The translations under genes and the position numbers were made by a program. A stretch of 64,000 nucleotides of DNA from Lama guanicoe (Eukaryota). The notes beneath the pieces were generated by a model. It was given only the letters and a program-made list of their open reading frames with translations, made no database searches and was not told the DNA's origin. Location of the stretch: NCBI GenBank assembly GCA_013239625.1, contig MU056000.1:8037214-8101213 (forward strand). The letters run 5' to 3'. Shown one piece after another: positions 1 through 15,749 of the stretch. Numbering within the stretch: position 1 is the stretch's first letter; each line of letters opens with the position of its first letter.

Positions 1-240
1 TATAGTTAACACTGCTGTGTGTTATATGTGAAAATTGGTTAAGAGAGTAGATCCTAAGAGTTCTCATCACAAGTTTAAATTTCTTTTTTCTTTTCTGTGT
101 GTGTGTCTGAGATGATGGATGTTAACTAAACTTAACTGTGGTAATCATTTCACAATATATGTAAGCCAAATAATTATACTGCACATCTTGAACTCAGAGA
201 GAGTTGTATGTCAATTACATTTTAATAAAACTGGAAAAAA
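1..240 (+). mobile_element. L1 3' UTR end (L1MA-like)
   Basis: Typical L1 3' motifs aagagagtagatcctaagagttctcatcac, gatggatgttaactaa and tgtcaattacattttaataaa, followed by an A-rich tail. Confidence 0.75.
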
Positions 241-395
241 TTGGACTAAAATGAAAAAAAATTATACTGCTTAGAAAAAAATGTAAGCTGAAATAAAAAC
301 TTTTCATTGTGGTGTTTTATCTTTAACATACCCTGTTTCAAGTTCTGTCTTCAGTATACAGAGTTTATTCGTGTAAACAGTCTTAATAGCAAACA

Positions 396-836
396 TGCAG
401 TTAGTTGAGCAGCACGCCCCCCTCAAACTCGTATCTATTAAGAAGCTCAGAATGTGGCCTTATTTGGAAATAGTGTCTTTGTTGATGTAATTACGGGAAG
501 ATGAGTCCTTCTGGATTAGAGTGGACCCGAAATACAATGACAGGTGTCTTCATAAGAGGGCGGGAGACACAGAGACAGAGAGGAAGGCCACGCGAAGATG
601 GAGAAAGAGACTGAAGCGGTGCAGCCGCAGCCAAGGAGCGGCTGGACCAGCACAAGGTGGAGTGGGCAAGGACGGGTCCTCCTCCCCCCGATCCGCAGAG
701 GGAGCCGGCCCTGCCCACACCGTGATGTTCAGACTTCTGGCGTTCACCTTCACTGTAAGAGGATACATCTGTGTCGGCTTAAGTCACCCGGTTTGTGGCA
801 ATCTGCATGGTAGGGCAGCCCTAGGGTATTAATATA
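396..836 (+). mobile_element. MaLR solo LTR (MLT1B/C-like)
   Basis: Motifs cagaatgtggccttatttggaaatag, gaaggccacgcgaagatggag and ttaagtcacccggtttgtgg...gcagccctagg match the recalled MLT1 consensus. Confidence 0.85.
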
Positions 837-1624
837 CTACCTGCATAATCTGTAAGTAAAACACCCGCGTGTGGGGGTGTAAGCTGACGTCTCTGGTTGG
901 GGCGGGGGGGGGGTGACAGGATCATGCAGAGACAGCCGTGCTCACATCCCAGCCCAGCCAGCCTTGGGTGCTTCAAAGAGGCCCTGCCCCCTCATTTCTA
1001 GCCGTCTTTTATTTTTCACTGTTTTCTCTGCCTAGAAAGCTTTCTCTCCCATTTTTCCTTACATCAATATCAGCTATTGCTCAAGGTTCGTGCCAACCAC
1101 CCAGTTTCTCCTTCCTATAACTTTAAAGCTCCTTCAGGAATGAGGCTGACTTCACGCCATCATCACGCCTGCAGCACTCACCATAGAACAGTCCACAGAA
1201 AAGTCACCTAGAACACAGGTGCCTTCAGACAGACCCAGAAGGAGGAGTTTAAAGGAACGAAAGCTACCGGGCTCCGACCTGGGTCGGCTCTGGCCGCATC
1301 TTGATAAAACCTGGCCGAGGACACACATGGAGGCCTTTCCTGGTCCCACGTGGCAGGAGCAGTGAGTTACAGAAGTCGTCCTGGGTAATAAAACTGGGGC
1401 ACAGAGAAGCCTTCTGAACTCTCACATAATGGAATCACCTAACAAGAAGTGAATGCACAGCCTCTCACTGAAATTAAAAGGAAACTAAAAATTCAAGGCA
1501 AGGGGAGTTAATTCATAGCTTTGCAGAAGTCACATGTGAAAAGCCATGGCATTCTGATTGTCCAGTTAATAGTGGTATTAATATTTACAATAGTTAGAAA
1601 CACAGGATTAGAAGTTGGTTTTTA

Positions 1625-1775
1625 GTTCTCTCACCCTCAGCTTCCCCATGTGTAAAATGGGGACCATAAACAGTCCTGGCAGACGAATCTAGGCAGGACT
1701 GAATTAAATAATGTATATGAAAGGATTAACACTGAGCATGGAAAATGCATTACTCAATTCATTTTAATGAGCACT
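1625..1775 (+). mobile_element. MIR SINE fragment
   Basis: Core cctcagcttccccatgtgtaaaatgggg and aataatgtatatgaaag. Confidence 0.7.
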
Positions 1776-2149
1776 GTTATCATCATTGCTGTTACAAACA
1801 TCTTCTCATCTTGCTGTCAGGAAAACCTACTCTGACCCCAGGTTGCCCCAAGGTAGCCTTGTTCCCTCCCTGCACTTCTGATGATTTGGACGGACAGGAC
1901 GGGGAGGGAAACTGGCCACAGCAGGACTCCCAGAGGAGAGCAGGGAAGGAGGGCAGCTGGCACAGGAGCAGGAGGCCCGGCGCTCAGGGAAGAGTGGCAC
2001 TTGTCCTCGGGGCTGTCTTTGAAGAAGGACAGCATATTCTCATGTGATTAAAAAGGTCAGAAACAAGATCAGGGAATGAACTTACGAGGGGCGCTGATTT
2101 CAATACAAAATTAGTTTACAAGGCTTGAATTATTCAAGGGATTAATAAA

Positions 2150-2282
2150 ACGCTTCTAGAGATGGTGAGTAGCCCGTTGCTGGAGGCATTCAAGTGGGGA
2201 CTGAATGGCCCATTGTCGGGCTTGCTTTTGGTCTAACTAAATAAAGGACTTTCAAGTGCTCTTCACACTCTGAGGGTCTTTA
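2150..2282 (+). mobile_element. L3/CR1 LINE 3' fragment
   Basis: ggtgagtagcccgttgctggaggcattcaag...ggactttcaagtgctcttcacactctgag resembles the CR1/L3 3' end. Confidence 0.55.
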
Positions 2283-4470
2283 AACTGCAGATGCGGTATC
2301 TTTCCCCTCTGCCATTTCCCCAGTTAAATAAATGATTATTGAGCATTTGAAACGAAAAGCCAACTTCCCAGAGCTTCACTACCTGAGAACTGGATGAGGA
2401 AGAACATGCTATGACCGTTTCATTGCAAACACATCAGCCATGTTACTTAAGTTATATAATAATGGTGCTTTAAACTTTACTAAAGATTTTTAAAATATTT
2501 TTTAAATCTGCACCTTTTAAAAAAGCACCATGGTCTATATTTTGTTTCCCGAGCATTCCTTCCACCATATGCTATGGGTGGTTTGTAGTGGGCAGGCCAG
2601 TCATGAACAAACAGCATTTGGAAAACATTCTTCACCTAGGTTACCTACTGAGATTTATAGGCAGTATTATTTGATAATATCTACTGATATAATACCCAAT
2701 AAAATAATTTTAGTAATATAGTAAGTCATTCCTTACAAGTGCATATTTTTATATTATTGGTCAAATATTGTGGCTTAAAATAAAACAAGGGGTGTAAGTT
2801 TGATAGAACCAACAGAAAATGCAGTTGCTAACTGGGGCTCAGATTCAGCACTGAAGATGTATCCTTGTATTTATTTCTCTACTGCACTGAATAACAAAAG
2901 AAGAGTTTTCCTGTAAATCATGTTTAGAATAAGTTAGATTCCTTTAGCATGCTTGCAAAACTGTTTCTGAGACAGCGTACATCAAAGATTGCAATGTCTT
3001 GGAAACGGATTAATCAAACTTGATTAAAAGCTGCCATTCCTGCTGCAACCTACACATTAAGTTACGTCAGTAAATTTCTTAGCCATAAGTTTTCTTCTTT
3101 TATAGACAAGAACATTTATAGCACCAGTCTTGCTTTTTCTCCTGGTTATTTCATCAGTCACGTTTTCTAAATAAGGAAGCTATGGCTTGTCACTCCCAAC
3201 ATCACTGAATCCTTTCATATAATTTAATTTTAAGATTTATACTTGACCTACATGCTTAAAAACAACAGTGTATAGAAGTCAATTATTTGGTTTAGTGCCA
3301 GTAATATATTAGCTACGACAACAATTTCTTAGAAATTCACATTTTATGGACGATAACATGAAATTAACAAATGCAAAGTTCTAAGCAAATGTGGCTGTAA
3401 AGTAAGCTTTATATATATGCAGTGAGACTTCAAAAAGAAATTAGATGCTACTACCTCTTTATATAAAAGGTCTCTGTGCCTTCTTCACTGGAGTACACAA
3501 TGGGGGCAGGTAAAAGTGAAAATTCCAAAGTTTTGCCCTGATCTATATGATTCAGCCAAGCAATCTAGAAAAACAGAATCCTTTAGAACCAATCCTTTCA
3601 TATCCTATGACTTAGGAAAATTAAAAGATAAGGAGTCTCTGGTTTCAAGTCTAACAGCCGAGTAGGGGCTATGGATTTCAAATCTTTATTTTTAAATGGA
3701 CAATTTGCCTGAAAACTCACTGAATAATACTAAAACTCTTTAATAGAGAAAAGGCACTGGTCTACAGTAAAACAAATAAGGCAGAGATGAGGAAAGAAAA
3801 AAAAAAGAAATAAAAAGCAAAACAAAGACCACACATCCCATAGGCAATTATCAGAGAGACCAGACCTCTTCAGTTTGTATCACATCCTTCATTCCTTCAT
3901 TCATTCCCACACACAGAAAACTTCCATTCTCTCATCCTCCAAAAAAATCATAAAATATGGCAGTATATTCTTTCCTTTTCCTTTCTATTTTTTATAAAGA
4001 AATAAAAATGTCCACGCAAATATGTGCCACATGTCCTAAAGTGTGGATCCTAGCCCGCGTACCCACCGCCCAGCAATGTGATCCTCAGTGAGTCATTTCT
4101 CCACTGACTTACGGCACAAAATATGGGGTATCAGTTTCCTCCCACAAAGGAGAATTACATCAAAGATGTAAACAAAATTGCTTTGAGAACTGTAATGCAC
4201 TAGAAACATATGTCTGCAATGGTAAAGAGCCTTACATAGTCTGGTACTAAACGATAAATAAAACTTCAGCAAATTCTCTTAAAAATATATGTATAAAAGC
4301 TTAAAGGAAGTCCAGAAGCTGGAAAAGTTTAAATCATAAGTTTTAATCCGGAAACAAACAACTGTGAACCCTAGAAGTTAAAGATACTGGTTTTTAGTAA
4401 TATTCACTTAGGAAGAATCAAAATTTATTATTCACAGTAAGATGAAAAAATATTCTCATAAAAGAAGCAT

Positions 4471-4693
4471 GAGGGAGATAAATTAGGAGTTGGGGATTAG
4501 CAGATACAAACTACTGTGTACAAAATAGACAAGCAACAAGGTCCTACTGTACAGCACAGGGAATTGTAGTCAATAGCTTGTAATGACCTATAATGAAAAA
4601 GATTATGCAGTGGGAGACATATAACTGAATCACTATGCTGTGCACCAGAAACCAACACAACATTGTAAATCAACTAGACATCAATAAAAAAAA
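4471..4693 (+). mobile_element. 5'-truncated artiodactyl-type L1 3' end with TSD
   Basis: gggattagcagatacaaactact...aacaaggtcctactgtacagcacagggaa...poly-A. TSD aaagaagcat at 4461-4470 and 4694-4703. Confidence 0.9.
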
Positions 4694-6672
4694 AAAGAAG
4701 CATTTGATTTTGGACTTGAATTTTAGATTTGGGATGTCTCAAATCTGAACACTCTAACATTTTTTTAAAATGTATTTAAAAAATAAAACACAGCTCTACA
4801 AGAAAGGCATTATTATATTTTATACTCCGCCCATTTTTCACGATGCCAGGTTATTAGTTCCTTTTACGTTCAGCCACAGCAACTCAGCTCTGGTTCTAGA
4901 ACTGGCTCTCTTGGTTTTGCTTGATTCTCTCACCTTAGGATGCTGGTATATGATCGTTTTCTTCAGAATTAACATACATTTAAAGCCAATGCTTAGCATT
5001 CTTGAAAATAACATGGTGCGCTTGTAATTCACCTAACACTGGTCTGCATGTTTCTTTACACATACACTCTTACTCATTCTAACATTTCCTACTGGTGTCT
5101 CTCTTTTTTTGGTTTATAGTGGGCACCGAGTAAATACACGGGACATAATCCATAACTTGAAAAGGTAACGGCCACGGCAATATGCTGAAAGAAGAAAAAA
5201 GGCTACAAAAGTGACAGCAATACAAAATGGAAAGGATATGCCATTTAATAAAACAAAATGCATCTAATACGCAGCATAAAATAAAGACTCCAAGCTGTAG
5301 CTAGGGAAATACAAATTTGCTTTCCTAGTAAGTCAAATTCCCCCAATATGAACATTTAAAACCTTTCCTCTGGAGATTAAATGTTTATCCGCAGTTTAAC
5401 TACACAATGTTTAGGGAAGCAATGCTGATTCAGTTACGTATTTTCCTATTTAGGATCTCCTGAGAGTTTACTCTTGCTGTTTCCTCGTGTTTTCAATAGC
5501 ATGTCAAGAAAAATCATTTAACAACAGAGAGCGTTGAGGGGTTATCTGAAGAACACTCTACACACACATGCCAAGAATACTGAAGGATTTGGCAGATTTC
5601 AGGACCAAGACAATAGAGATCCCTGTGAATGAAAACCTATGGGAGCAAGATGTTGAACAACGTAAATGGAAGAATTGTTCTTATGTCCAGCAGTTAACAG
5701 TTAGCACTTATCACAATTCATCTTTACGGTGGAGGGTCTACCAAATATAATATCTAACATGAACCCTCCAAGCAGGCTTGAATTGTGCTAAAGAAGCTAT
5801 CTCAAAGAATACCGTAAAATGGACCCATTCCGCCTTTTATCTCTGTACAAGTGATTTCTTTTTAGAAAAGAATCTATGCACCCCGCCTCAATACAAGACA
5901 TGTGTACTTGTGTCCTCTAACGGAGAAAATTTCGAGAATTCCTTGAGACGAATTTTAAGCACACAGCCAGAGTTAAGTCACATGCCCCGCTATAAAGACA
6001 GACCAGGAATGTGACATATCTACAGTATTCACAGATGCAGACATATATTTATGGGACTCCATCAGCAGAAATCAAATGCCTACGAATAAAACATCATTTA
6101 ACTCTACAGGAATTCAATTCCCATTTGAGAAGTAGCGCATCACCAAATCCCTTGCCACTGGTGAGAAAAGCAAAGCCAAAAAGAAACACTTCTCAATAAA
6201 AACAATTTCTAACATTACATTCAAGCTTTTAATCAGTGTCCAAACAACTTCAGCCTAATGTTCATTTTCAGACACAGAAAAAAATGAAGGTAATAAGGAT
6301 TTTCTAAATTTTCAACTTTTAGCATAGCCTGGTAGGTGGACCACTTTACACTTGGATGAACGGAAACGCCAGGGCGACAAAGCATGCTTCTACTGAGGCA
6401 AGAAAACACCGAGACCATGGTATTTGAAGTCAAGTGACCTAATCCGCTGTCCTCAGTTCCTACTGCAATCAAGAGAGCTGCCCGAGATCTTATCAAAGAG
6501 CTGAAACCTCACGCGACGACAAATGTTCTGATCAAAAGATCATCTTTGCTGCTGAACCAAAGAAGATGTCAGGGATCCTGGATCAATATCCATATTCCAA
6601 ATCAAACAGAAGATTATAAAACCCAAAGAAAGTCAGCCTTCTCATACTCAGCCAGTGACATGAATGCAATCA

Positions 6673-7242
<570 letters not shown>

Positions 7243-9774
7243 TCAGAAATGCACCTGTCAGCCTAGGCAGGCAAACGCGTGTGAGGTGTGCTTCCTGCTC
7301 ACCCGCATCCCAGAGAAGGTTTGTTAATCTAACCTCTGCGCGGAGCTAAAACCCAGGAGAAAGAAGGAAATTTTTCTAAAGAATCATAGACCATTAGTTC
7401 TTTATTGTTCAGGTTGAGGTAATTCAGAAAGCGTTCATTCAGGTGATGTCATGTTTACTTTATTAGGGGCGTGAAACAAATTTACAAAGGTGGTTCATTT
7501 TCCTGAATAAATGAAAACACAAAAAAGTGAGGTGTGTAGGCGTGGGGGTGGAGGAGGACACAGGTGGGGCTCCTGTTCCCATAATTAGTACTACAGCATG
7601 AAATGCAGGACTGGTCTAGTTTTTGTAAAGTAACACCCACAAGGTTTTTATACGCCTCTTTTTCAACTCAGGCTGTCACGGTAACACACACATTTGATGA
7701 GGGGCAGGCACGCCAGGGAAGATAGAGCCCCGCCCAGCTGCAGCAAAGACAAAATAATGAGCTGACTTGGCTCTTCTAGAATTATTTGCATCTTTTCAAT
7801 ACGCTTACACTGTTTTGGGAAGATTTCGCACCAGTTACTAACATAGGTTTGACTGGTTTCAAACTGAATTTGTGTTTTGTTTCCTTCCTGGGCTCTTCTG
7901 AGCTCGTTTCAGGTCATTATTTTTACCTGGTTCTCAAGAATACTTGACGTCTAAGGTTGAGCTGACATACACAATGAAAACAGCATCTTTCGTATTAATA
8001 GAACACGACCTGTTATTAACTGCTGCGATCGTTAACCATGCTCAATACTAGACAGCGCATTTACTTTCCAGCATTGTAGATCACACTGTATCCAAATATA
8101 GCCAGGGTCTAGATATGGCCATTTATACCATGGGAGCTCTATACGGAATTACATTACAACTCTGAGTCACACCCACAACGCGGACTTTCTGAGCATTTCT
8201 TAGTGGCTGGTGATAGAACTTATGTTATCCCTTCTCACATTCAGGGACATATGCAAAATCAAACACAAAAGAAATTATGTCAATGAGAAAACAGTGTTAA
8301 TGTTAAAAGAATGTGAGGATATCGCGTCAAAATGACAAAAAAGTTGCAGAGTGACTTGGAGGAATTGAATGTATTCTAACAGGAGAACTGATTTTAATTA
8401 AGAGCTTCTCATTTCCAATGAGCTTTTAATACTTATTCTTATAAGAACCAAAATTAGAAGAGGCACCCATGACATGGTGAAGACTAGAAAAATAGATAAG
8501 AAAAACTTTCTAAGCAAAGAGTATGTATATTCCCAGAGAAGCAGTATTTTGAAATGAGGAGGGCTGCCCTGAAGGACTGAGTTTCAAAGTCGTTAGATTA
8601 GACAGATAAACATGAAGTTCACAGCCAGAAAAATCTGTTTTCTATCTTCATGCAATTCCTGAAGCATTTATATTTTCTCCAAAATTTTATAAACATGTCT
8701 ACTTGAAATTCACATTTTAAAATTTATGAATAATGTGCTTTATGTTACGCGGGCAGGGGTTTAAAAATTTAGGCCAGGCATAACCACGCTCGTGGAAGAA
8801 CAAAGGCACAGGGGTGAACAAAATTTCATTTTCTAGAAGAGTTGTGAAGAGCCAGCCAGTACCTGAAGGGCAAAAGGGAAAACCAACCACACCTGACATT
8901 TTTCAGCTAAATGATTTTTTTTTCCATTCAGGAACTAAATGTCGGCACTTAAGCTTGCTGAGGATGGTTACTAACATCAGCAAAAATCGTTCGGTATATA
9001 GAACTATTTGTTATTATTACATGAAATACAGTGATTAACAGGAAGGGAGAGCAAAATGGGAGAGACCAAGATTTAATACTGAAACGTAAACATTCTTGCT
9101 TAAAAAAAATGATAATAATATAGGTAAGGGGAACAATCCGACCAGTCACACCAAAAAACTCTCCAAGGACCTCAAATTTTAAAAGAATATAATATGAGGA
9201 CTTTAAGAAAAACCCTCCCAGCAGCAGTAAAAAAAAAAAAAAAGAAAAGAAAATTATGCAGACTTTAAGGAAGATCGGGCCAAAGTGTGAAAACAGAGTG
9301 TGAAATACAATTAACTTAGCAGAAACAAGAAGGCAGCATCTCAGCATATGAGGAGGAAGAAAAGGTGAAGGAAAGTTTACGAATATTACTAGGCTCAGAT
9401 TTCTATTTTGCTGTGGCCTTCTTGAGGGGAGAGTCAGGGAACTCATTTGGGGCTTGGCTTCTGAAGTGGGACAATCAGGTCCACATCCAGGCCATTAGGC
9501 CCATTCTTGGTTTGGGGCAAGGTCCTGGGTTCTCTAAGTTCTAGTTTCCTGGTTGTAAAGCGAAGAAAGGAAAAGGGCCTCATGGGATCATTACTTGCTT
9601 TAAGTGCATGAAAAGTGTTAACTGCCTCATATGCACAAAATGTTAAACAAATAAACTCTTATTATTACTTAACAAAGCTGAAATCAGCTCCCGTTAGAAA
9701 ACGAGTTTGCACAGAAGGCACAGAGTGAATGGCCCTCACCACTGGGCATCGGACTTTATAGCTCCTGTTAAGTG

Positions 9775-9960
9775 TTTCTTTTGTCGACTCGCATTTTCTC
9801 CAACAACTCCACCCGAGAATTAATGTGGCATTCTTCACTTCACAGGTGGGAAACCGAGGAACAGAGAGAGGACAGAATTTGCCCGAGTCTGCCTTATATT
9901 TAGTAGAGAAGGAATTCGAGCCCTTGCACCCTGCTACTGGAGTTTATGCCTACTATCACC
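9775..9960 (-). mobile_element. MIR SINE
   Basis: cttcacaggtgggaaaccgaggaacagagagagg...atttgcccgagtc...ggaattcgagccc is the reverse MIR core. Confidence 0.7.
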
Positions 9961-12900
9961 AGGTTTATAAACTGGATTGGGTTTATAACCTCAAATATGT
10001 GTATTATTGAATGTCTAACATGGTGAGAAAAATTGGGAAAATGTTATGAAAGGCCTAAAATTAAGGGGAACGTCTACCAAAAGTACAGAGAAGAGCCAAG
10101 TTTGTAATAGGAATCAACAGCTTGAATATTATATTGAAAAAAATTATTCCACCTTGGTGTGTTAACTCATTTACAATATTTCTCATTTAATTGAATTGAT
10201 TGAGATATGCAGAAAAATCCAACTTTGTTCATTTCTAGGAAAATCAAAAATAGGATACATATAGTTATCTTTTATTGTAAAGAGCTTTCCAGTCTTAATT
10301 TAATCAGGAATGTTACCATATGAAGAAAAAAGAGGGGGGACTGGAAATCTAAGATGGGTAAATACCCTGCAGAACGATCATGTTTTAAAAAATCACAGTC
10401 ACGTTCATGGTACTTGACAAATGGCCTTTTGGAAGTCTCATTCCTGAATCGGTAGTTTAAACTTCTTTTAGGTCACAATAAATAGGGTACGGATGAGAAT
10501 TTCAAATATAAGATCAGAATTCAAATTGGAACCGCCACGCGCAAATCAATTAGAGACTGATCAGTGCGAGGGAAATAACGCAAAGCAGCAACAGAAATGG
10601 GAGAAAAACACACTACGTTAAAGGGGAGGTTATGTGATCACATAGAAGGAAATGCATGAGAATTGAATCGATCTCAAACCGACCATCAGTGACGTAATAA
10701 TGTAATGCCTTAGAATTTTTTAAGCATTTTTAAAATTGAATTCTCCCTTTTCGCCCTGCCTGTTCAGACCATGGTGTGGCTTACGCAGACTGTGGCTCTC
10801 CATTGATACAGATAAGCAGATACTGATCACACACTATGAAGAGTTTTCTCTAATACCATTTTCCCTTTAACTTCTGTCCTGTTATACATCTTCTCTCGTT
10901 TGAGTTTTAGAGCTCAGCTAACCAAATCACCACCTTGGAGAATTACTCTGTTCAACTGAACCTTCTTACAGCAAACATTTGAAGTGGACAGTGCTTTCTC
11001 AGCTCTGTAAACACTCCTCTCCCTTCTCACCTGCTCTGCAAACACCCCCTTCTCCTCTCAGTAAGCTCTTAAAACTCAATGAACCACACTGCTGGTCTCT
11101 TTGGGGAGATTTTTAAAGTAGCCTCTTCAGCAGTTGACTTGAGACTTCACCCAACATCTACGCTGTTCATGAAATTATCTGTTTTCCAGAGAGCTACAAA
11201 AATAAAGGTCTTGTTAAAAAAAAATGAAAGAGATGCTCTATGTGTTGTATTTCTTTAAAAGAAGGAAAGGGAGATCCTTTTAAATAAATCATTCTGTTCT
11301 TATGATGATAGACAGTTACATGCATTATTTACTGACAATGGAAGAAAGGGAGAATGGAATAAAATACAAGAATGTGGGACATGGAGAAATTCAGGGCAGT
11401 AGAATACAAAGTGGGGCTCAGCAGAAGGAAGAAAAAACATTAATTTTTGTTTTTGTATTATTTATCTTTGCTTTTATGTATATTCGTATATAAAGAAATA
11501 TGAAAACATAAAATACACTTACACATGTTATATAATACAAAGCAAAGAAACAATAAGCTAATTAAATTATCTTCCTTCTGCAAGCTCACAAAATAAAGAT
11601 GGCTTAGGTGACAATGGGTCTAAGAATGTGGTCTATAAACTTTTAAAGCTATTCTTTAGCTAACAATAACTATTATTTCAAGATGAGGAATCTTTACCAC
11701 CCAATCCATCATATTCCTAAAAGTATTGTCACCTGAGCTGAACTCCCAATTTTCTGCACTCTACACAGGTTAATCCAAGCTAAGCTTGATGGAAAAACAT
11801 TCAAATGTAAATGTAACAAAATCTTTTAACTTCATACATCATTATTTTTCTGGGGGAGAGGCATTCAGTGCAGGGGTTTTAGCAGCAGGAGAACCATTAG
11901 CATTGGCGTTGATTATCGGTGTGTTGGTGTTTCTGAATTTTACCAACTAGTCTACCAGCAAACACTGTTTTCCTCCAGCTGTAACCAGTCTTTGTATTTA
12001 TACAATTTAAGGGGAGTTGATACAGGCAAGCATCCGGAAGCTCTTCCTGGTTTTAAGATTATATTTATCATTGGGCTTATTAATAATTTCCAGTTGGGTA
12101 ATAATGGGCCCCTGATTTTTTTTTTTTTTTGACTTCAAAGAAGTAAAAATTTTAACTAAGAGATTATGGTGGATCTAATTTGACTTGCTTTAACGAGAAG
12201 TGATCACTTTTATAATTTGAAGTCACAGCACTTAATAAGTAATAAACTGTTAATATTGCACCTCTTGTGGACTGAAATGGTGATTTAATTGAAAATGTTA
12301 TTTATATTTTATTGAAGAAGAGTAAAAAAGTTTTATGAACATGCAGTTCTATGTACTCCCTCTATGGCTTTATTGGTAGTGGCTCCTACTTCAGAGAATT
12401 GAGTTTTTAAAAAATGTTTTCTCCATATTGGCAAATATTTTCATCACGTTTTTATTTCTTTTTATGTTCCAATATTTGTCAACTTCATAAGGCTATTTAG
12501 CAGGTTTTCTCCTGGCAACGGACCTGCGATAAATTCATTCTTTGCAACAAGCTGATACACAGCACAGAAAGCTTGTTTTCTCCACTCAGGACCCCATTTA
12601 CCCAAAAGGAAATTCACGTGACGCTCATCCCAGCAGACGTTGGTCATTGTCACTAGTTTAGAAAGATGTGTTTGGGGCAGGTGTCAGAGTTAAGTGTCTG
12701 TGTTAATCAAATGACTCCAAAGTTGATAGTCATTGATAGGTTTGAGTTTGAAATAAAAAATGTGTGTTATTCTGTTTTAGCTCAATAGACTTTCTCATAA
12801 GCAAATCCATGAGATCACATATTCCTTCTCTGGCTCTGCCTTATTGCATAAGCTGTGCTTTGTACAAGTCTTATCCCAGACAAAGGTATGTTTTATTTAA

Positions 12901-14494
12901 ACAGACTCCCTAGTTAAAACTGTGCCTCTTTAAATTTTCATTGTGCAAGAAATGAAGCCTCAGACACTGGGGGGACAGTCACATCACGTCTGTCCCACTC
13001 ACGGCTCACTAGCCTGGCTTTTCTGCAGCAGGTCACAGGATTCCTGCCCAGGGAGGGAGCATGATGTGTGCCTGGTGAGAGGGTCCTCCTCTCCGGGGAG
13101 CCCCGCTGCACGGGGGGACCACTGCTGATTCAGAAAGTGGCCCTCTTGCTCTCTTATGCTGCCAGACCTCTGGGGCCACCCTGCTGGCTTCTGTCTCAGT
13201 CCTGTCCTGGGGCGGGCGGGCAGGCAGCTGCTCTGTTCTGTCTCCACCTCCCTACAAAGAGCATCATCTGGGGGCAGGGAGGCCGGTGGGCCATCCACTG
13301 AACGCACTCCCTTCTGCGGGGACTGAGCTGGGGCGAGGTCTGCGGTCCCTGCCCAGCACTGGCTGGCATACCTGAGCGTGAAGGGTCAGAGATAGGTCTG
13401 TGGTTAGGGGCAGAAGACCCTCTTCAGACCGCCTTCTCTGGCATAGCCATGGCTGATGGAGTGTCTGCCAGCTCAGCTAAATAAAATCACACTGACTTTT
13501 TGGTGTGAGGCATGACTCCCATTGTACGCTTCACCATCTGCCAGCCTGGAGCAGAAGAGAGGTGAGAAGTAGGGTTTACAAAGCCTGATCCTCTAATGTA
13601 CACAAATGTTTACACTTGCATGTATGTAAGTCTCCAGCTTTTTGGTTTAGGAAAGCCTAGAGGACCTCTTTGAACCCCCAAAGGTAGACTGTGGTCCTTG
13701 GTGGAGTTGGTGTCTGGGATCTACACCGGTCTTCATAATAAAGTAACAGGGGTGAGAGGCTAACTCTGGCAGCTGAGAAAGAGAGATGGAGAAGGAAGGT
13801 GGAGAGGAGGGACGGGAAAAGATGGTGGTAGTCTGGGTGTAGCGGGAAAAGCTAACTGAGAAATCCCCTTTGGTGGGTCGTTCAGGGAACTTGACCCTGT
13901 TTCATCTTCAGTGACTACAGCTGTTTCCCGTTCTCCTCTGCACCTCTCAGATCTAGCACAGCCTGTAACTCAGGATGGCCCGAGTGGTATTTGGAGTAAG
14001 GGAGGCCCAGGGATGGGGTCAGCAGGTGGTGTCTGGGAACCCAAGTGACCGAGGGTGGACACCTTCCCTCAACCCCACCCCTGCCGAGAAACTAGAGGAG
14101 GAATGTCTTGGGAGAGGGTGAGCTTGTGCACAGGGCAATCGTGAGCTGCATGTTATCTAGGAAAGAGAAGACAGTGTGTGTTTAGTGCCATCATTGATTC
14201 TTTGTCTTCAATGTTGTCTGGAATATTCATGTCACCTTTAATATACTTCCTTCAGTTGCCAGTTATTTATTTCATATTTTAAGTCCTTCTCTGGAACTAA
14301 AATTGACCGTGCGTGAGGACACATAGAATTAAGCTTCTCTGGATCTGCAAGCCCATCTAGCTCGCGGTTCGTCTTCAACAGACATTATCTGACGAGCAGG
14401 AGATAGACGACCATGAAGCTCTCTAGGTGAAAATGGTGTATGTTTATTTTGGTTTTAAATGATGAGTTTTACAGATGCAGGATCAACCAAGATG

Positions 14495-14720
14495 ACTCTT
14501 AAGAGCCCAGGTTCCAGGGCAAGACTGCCTGGGTGTGAAGGTTTACAGACTGGCTCCATACAACCTCGGGCAGATCACTGAACATCTCTGTGCCTCAGTA
14601 TTCTAATCTGTAAAATGAGGATTGTAATAGCACCTCCTTCACAGGGTGGTTCTGGGGATTCGTAGGTATGCTCCACGCACTTAGAATGGCCCCCGACAGT
14701 GGCAACGTGCTATCTGCTTT
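14495..14720 (+). mobile_element. MIR SINE
   Basis: gactgcctgggt...aacctcgggcagatcactgaacatctctgtgcctcagt...ctgtaaaatgaggat. Confidence 0.8.
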
Positions 14721-15749
14721 GTCATCTGTCTCACCTGCCTGATGCTCTGGAACTATCTAGTAATTTCCTAGTTGGTTACGCAAGTGCACTTGTCTTTGTT
14801 CCCAAATGTTGACTCCTTGAAGAGGGGCAGCTGGCCTTCAGTTCCCCTGCCCCTCTTTCCCTGAAGGATCATCTGGAAATGCTTTGGGGGGCACTGAAGG
14901 ACCCCCAGCCAGTGGCCTTACTTAACAGCAGAGACATAAGGCTGGGAAGTCACCTCAGCGACCAACTGGAGCCAAAAGCTAGTGGCCCCTGGACACTTCA
15001 GGTCCAACAGGCCTCAGAAGAACGTGTCCTCTTCTCTCAAGGAATCAGGGTGTTTGCTCTGACTCTGGAAGCCACTTAAAAGTCTGCTCCAGTGGCCTCC
15101 AGGATGGGGTGTGTAAAGTACAGGGGATGTGAAAAATGAGACCCTCGACATGGGAAGGCACCTTAAACTGTTTCTTTATTAAAGTTCATCCTTGATCTTT
15201 ACTAGATATACTTTAATAATACTGCAGTAATAGGTGTGTGATCTCTATGTGAGATATATACCCGGAATAAAGGCTTTTTCTCAAACGTGGGTTCTCACAG
15301 AGGCAGTTCCTGGAGTTGTCGGGTGAGCTGGGCAAGGTAAGGACTTGAAATAAAATGAATTCAGTGTAGAAAGAGACAGGAGGCTGAGCAGGTCTGAGGG
15401 AGAGAGGGCTGTGGCCTTACGCTTAGGAGCTGGAGAGGGGTGGCTTCTCCCCGCCTGTCCCCAAGAGACCATCCACGTACTTCTGGGAATCTCTGTAGTG
15501 TTGTGTAATCAGCGTATTTCCTTGAAAGTGCAAGTTTAAAGCTGCAGGCTGGAATGGGGTCTCGGGCACCTGGTTGTCACAGCTCAGCGATCTCGGCCAG
15601 GACAGAGATCACTGTCACTGGGAGAAGGCCAGGCAAACAGAGTTTCCCACATGAAGCCCTCGGAGGACGCTGCTGCCTTCCCTCACAGGAGGGACCGGAG
15701 AAAACACCTGCTCCTTCATTCAGCCTAGTTCTCCACTGACGGCGTGGCG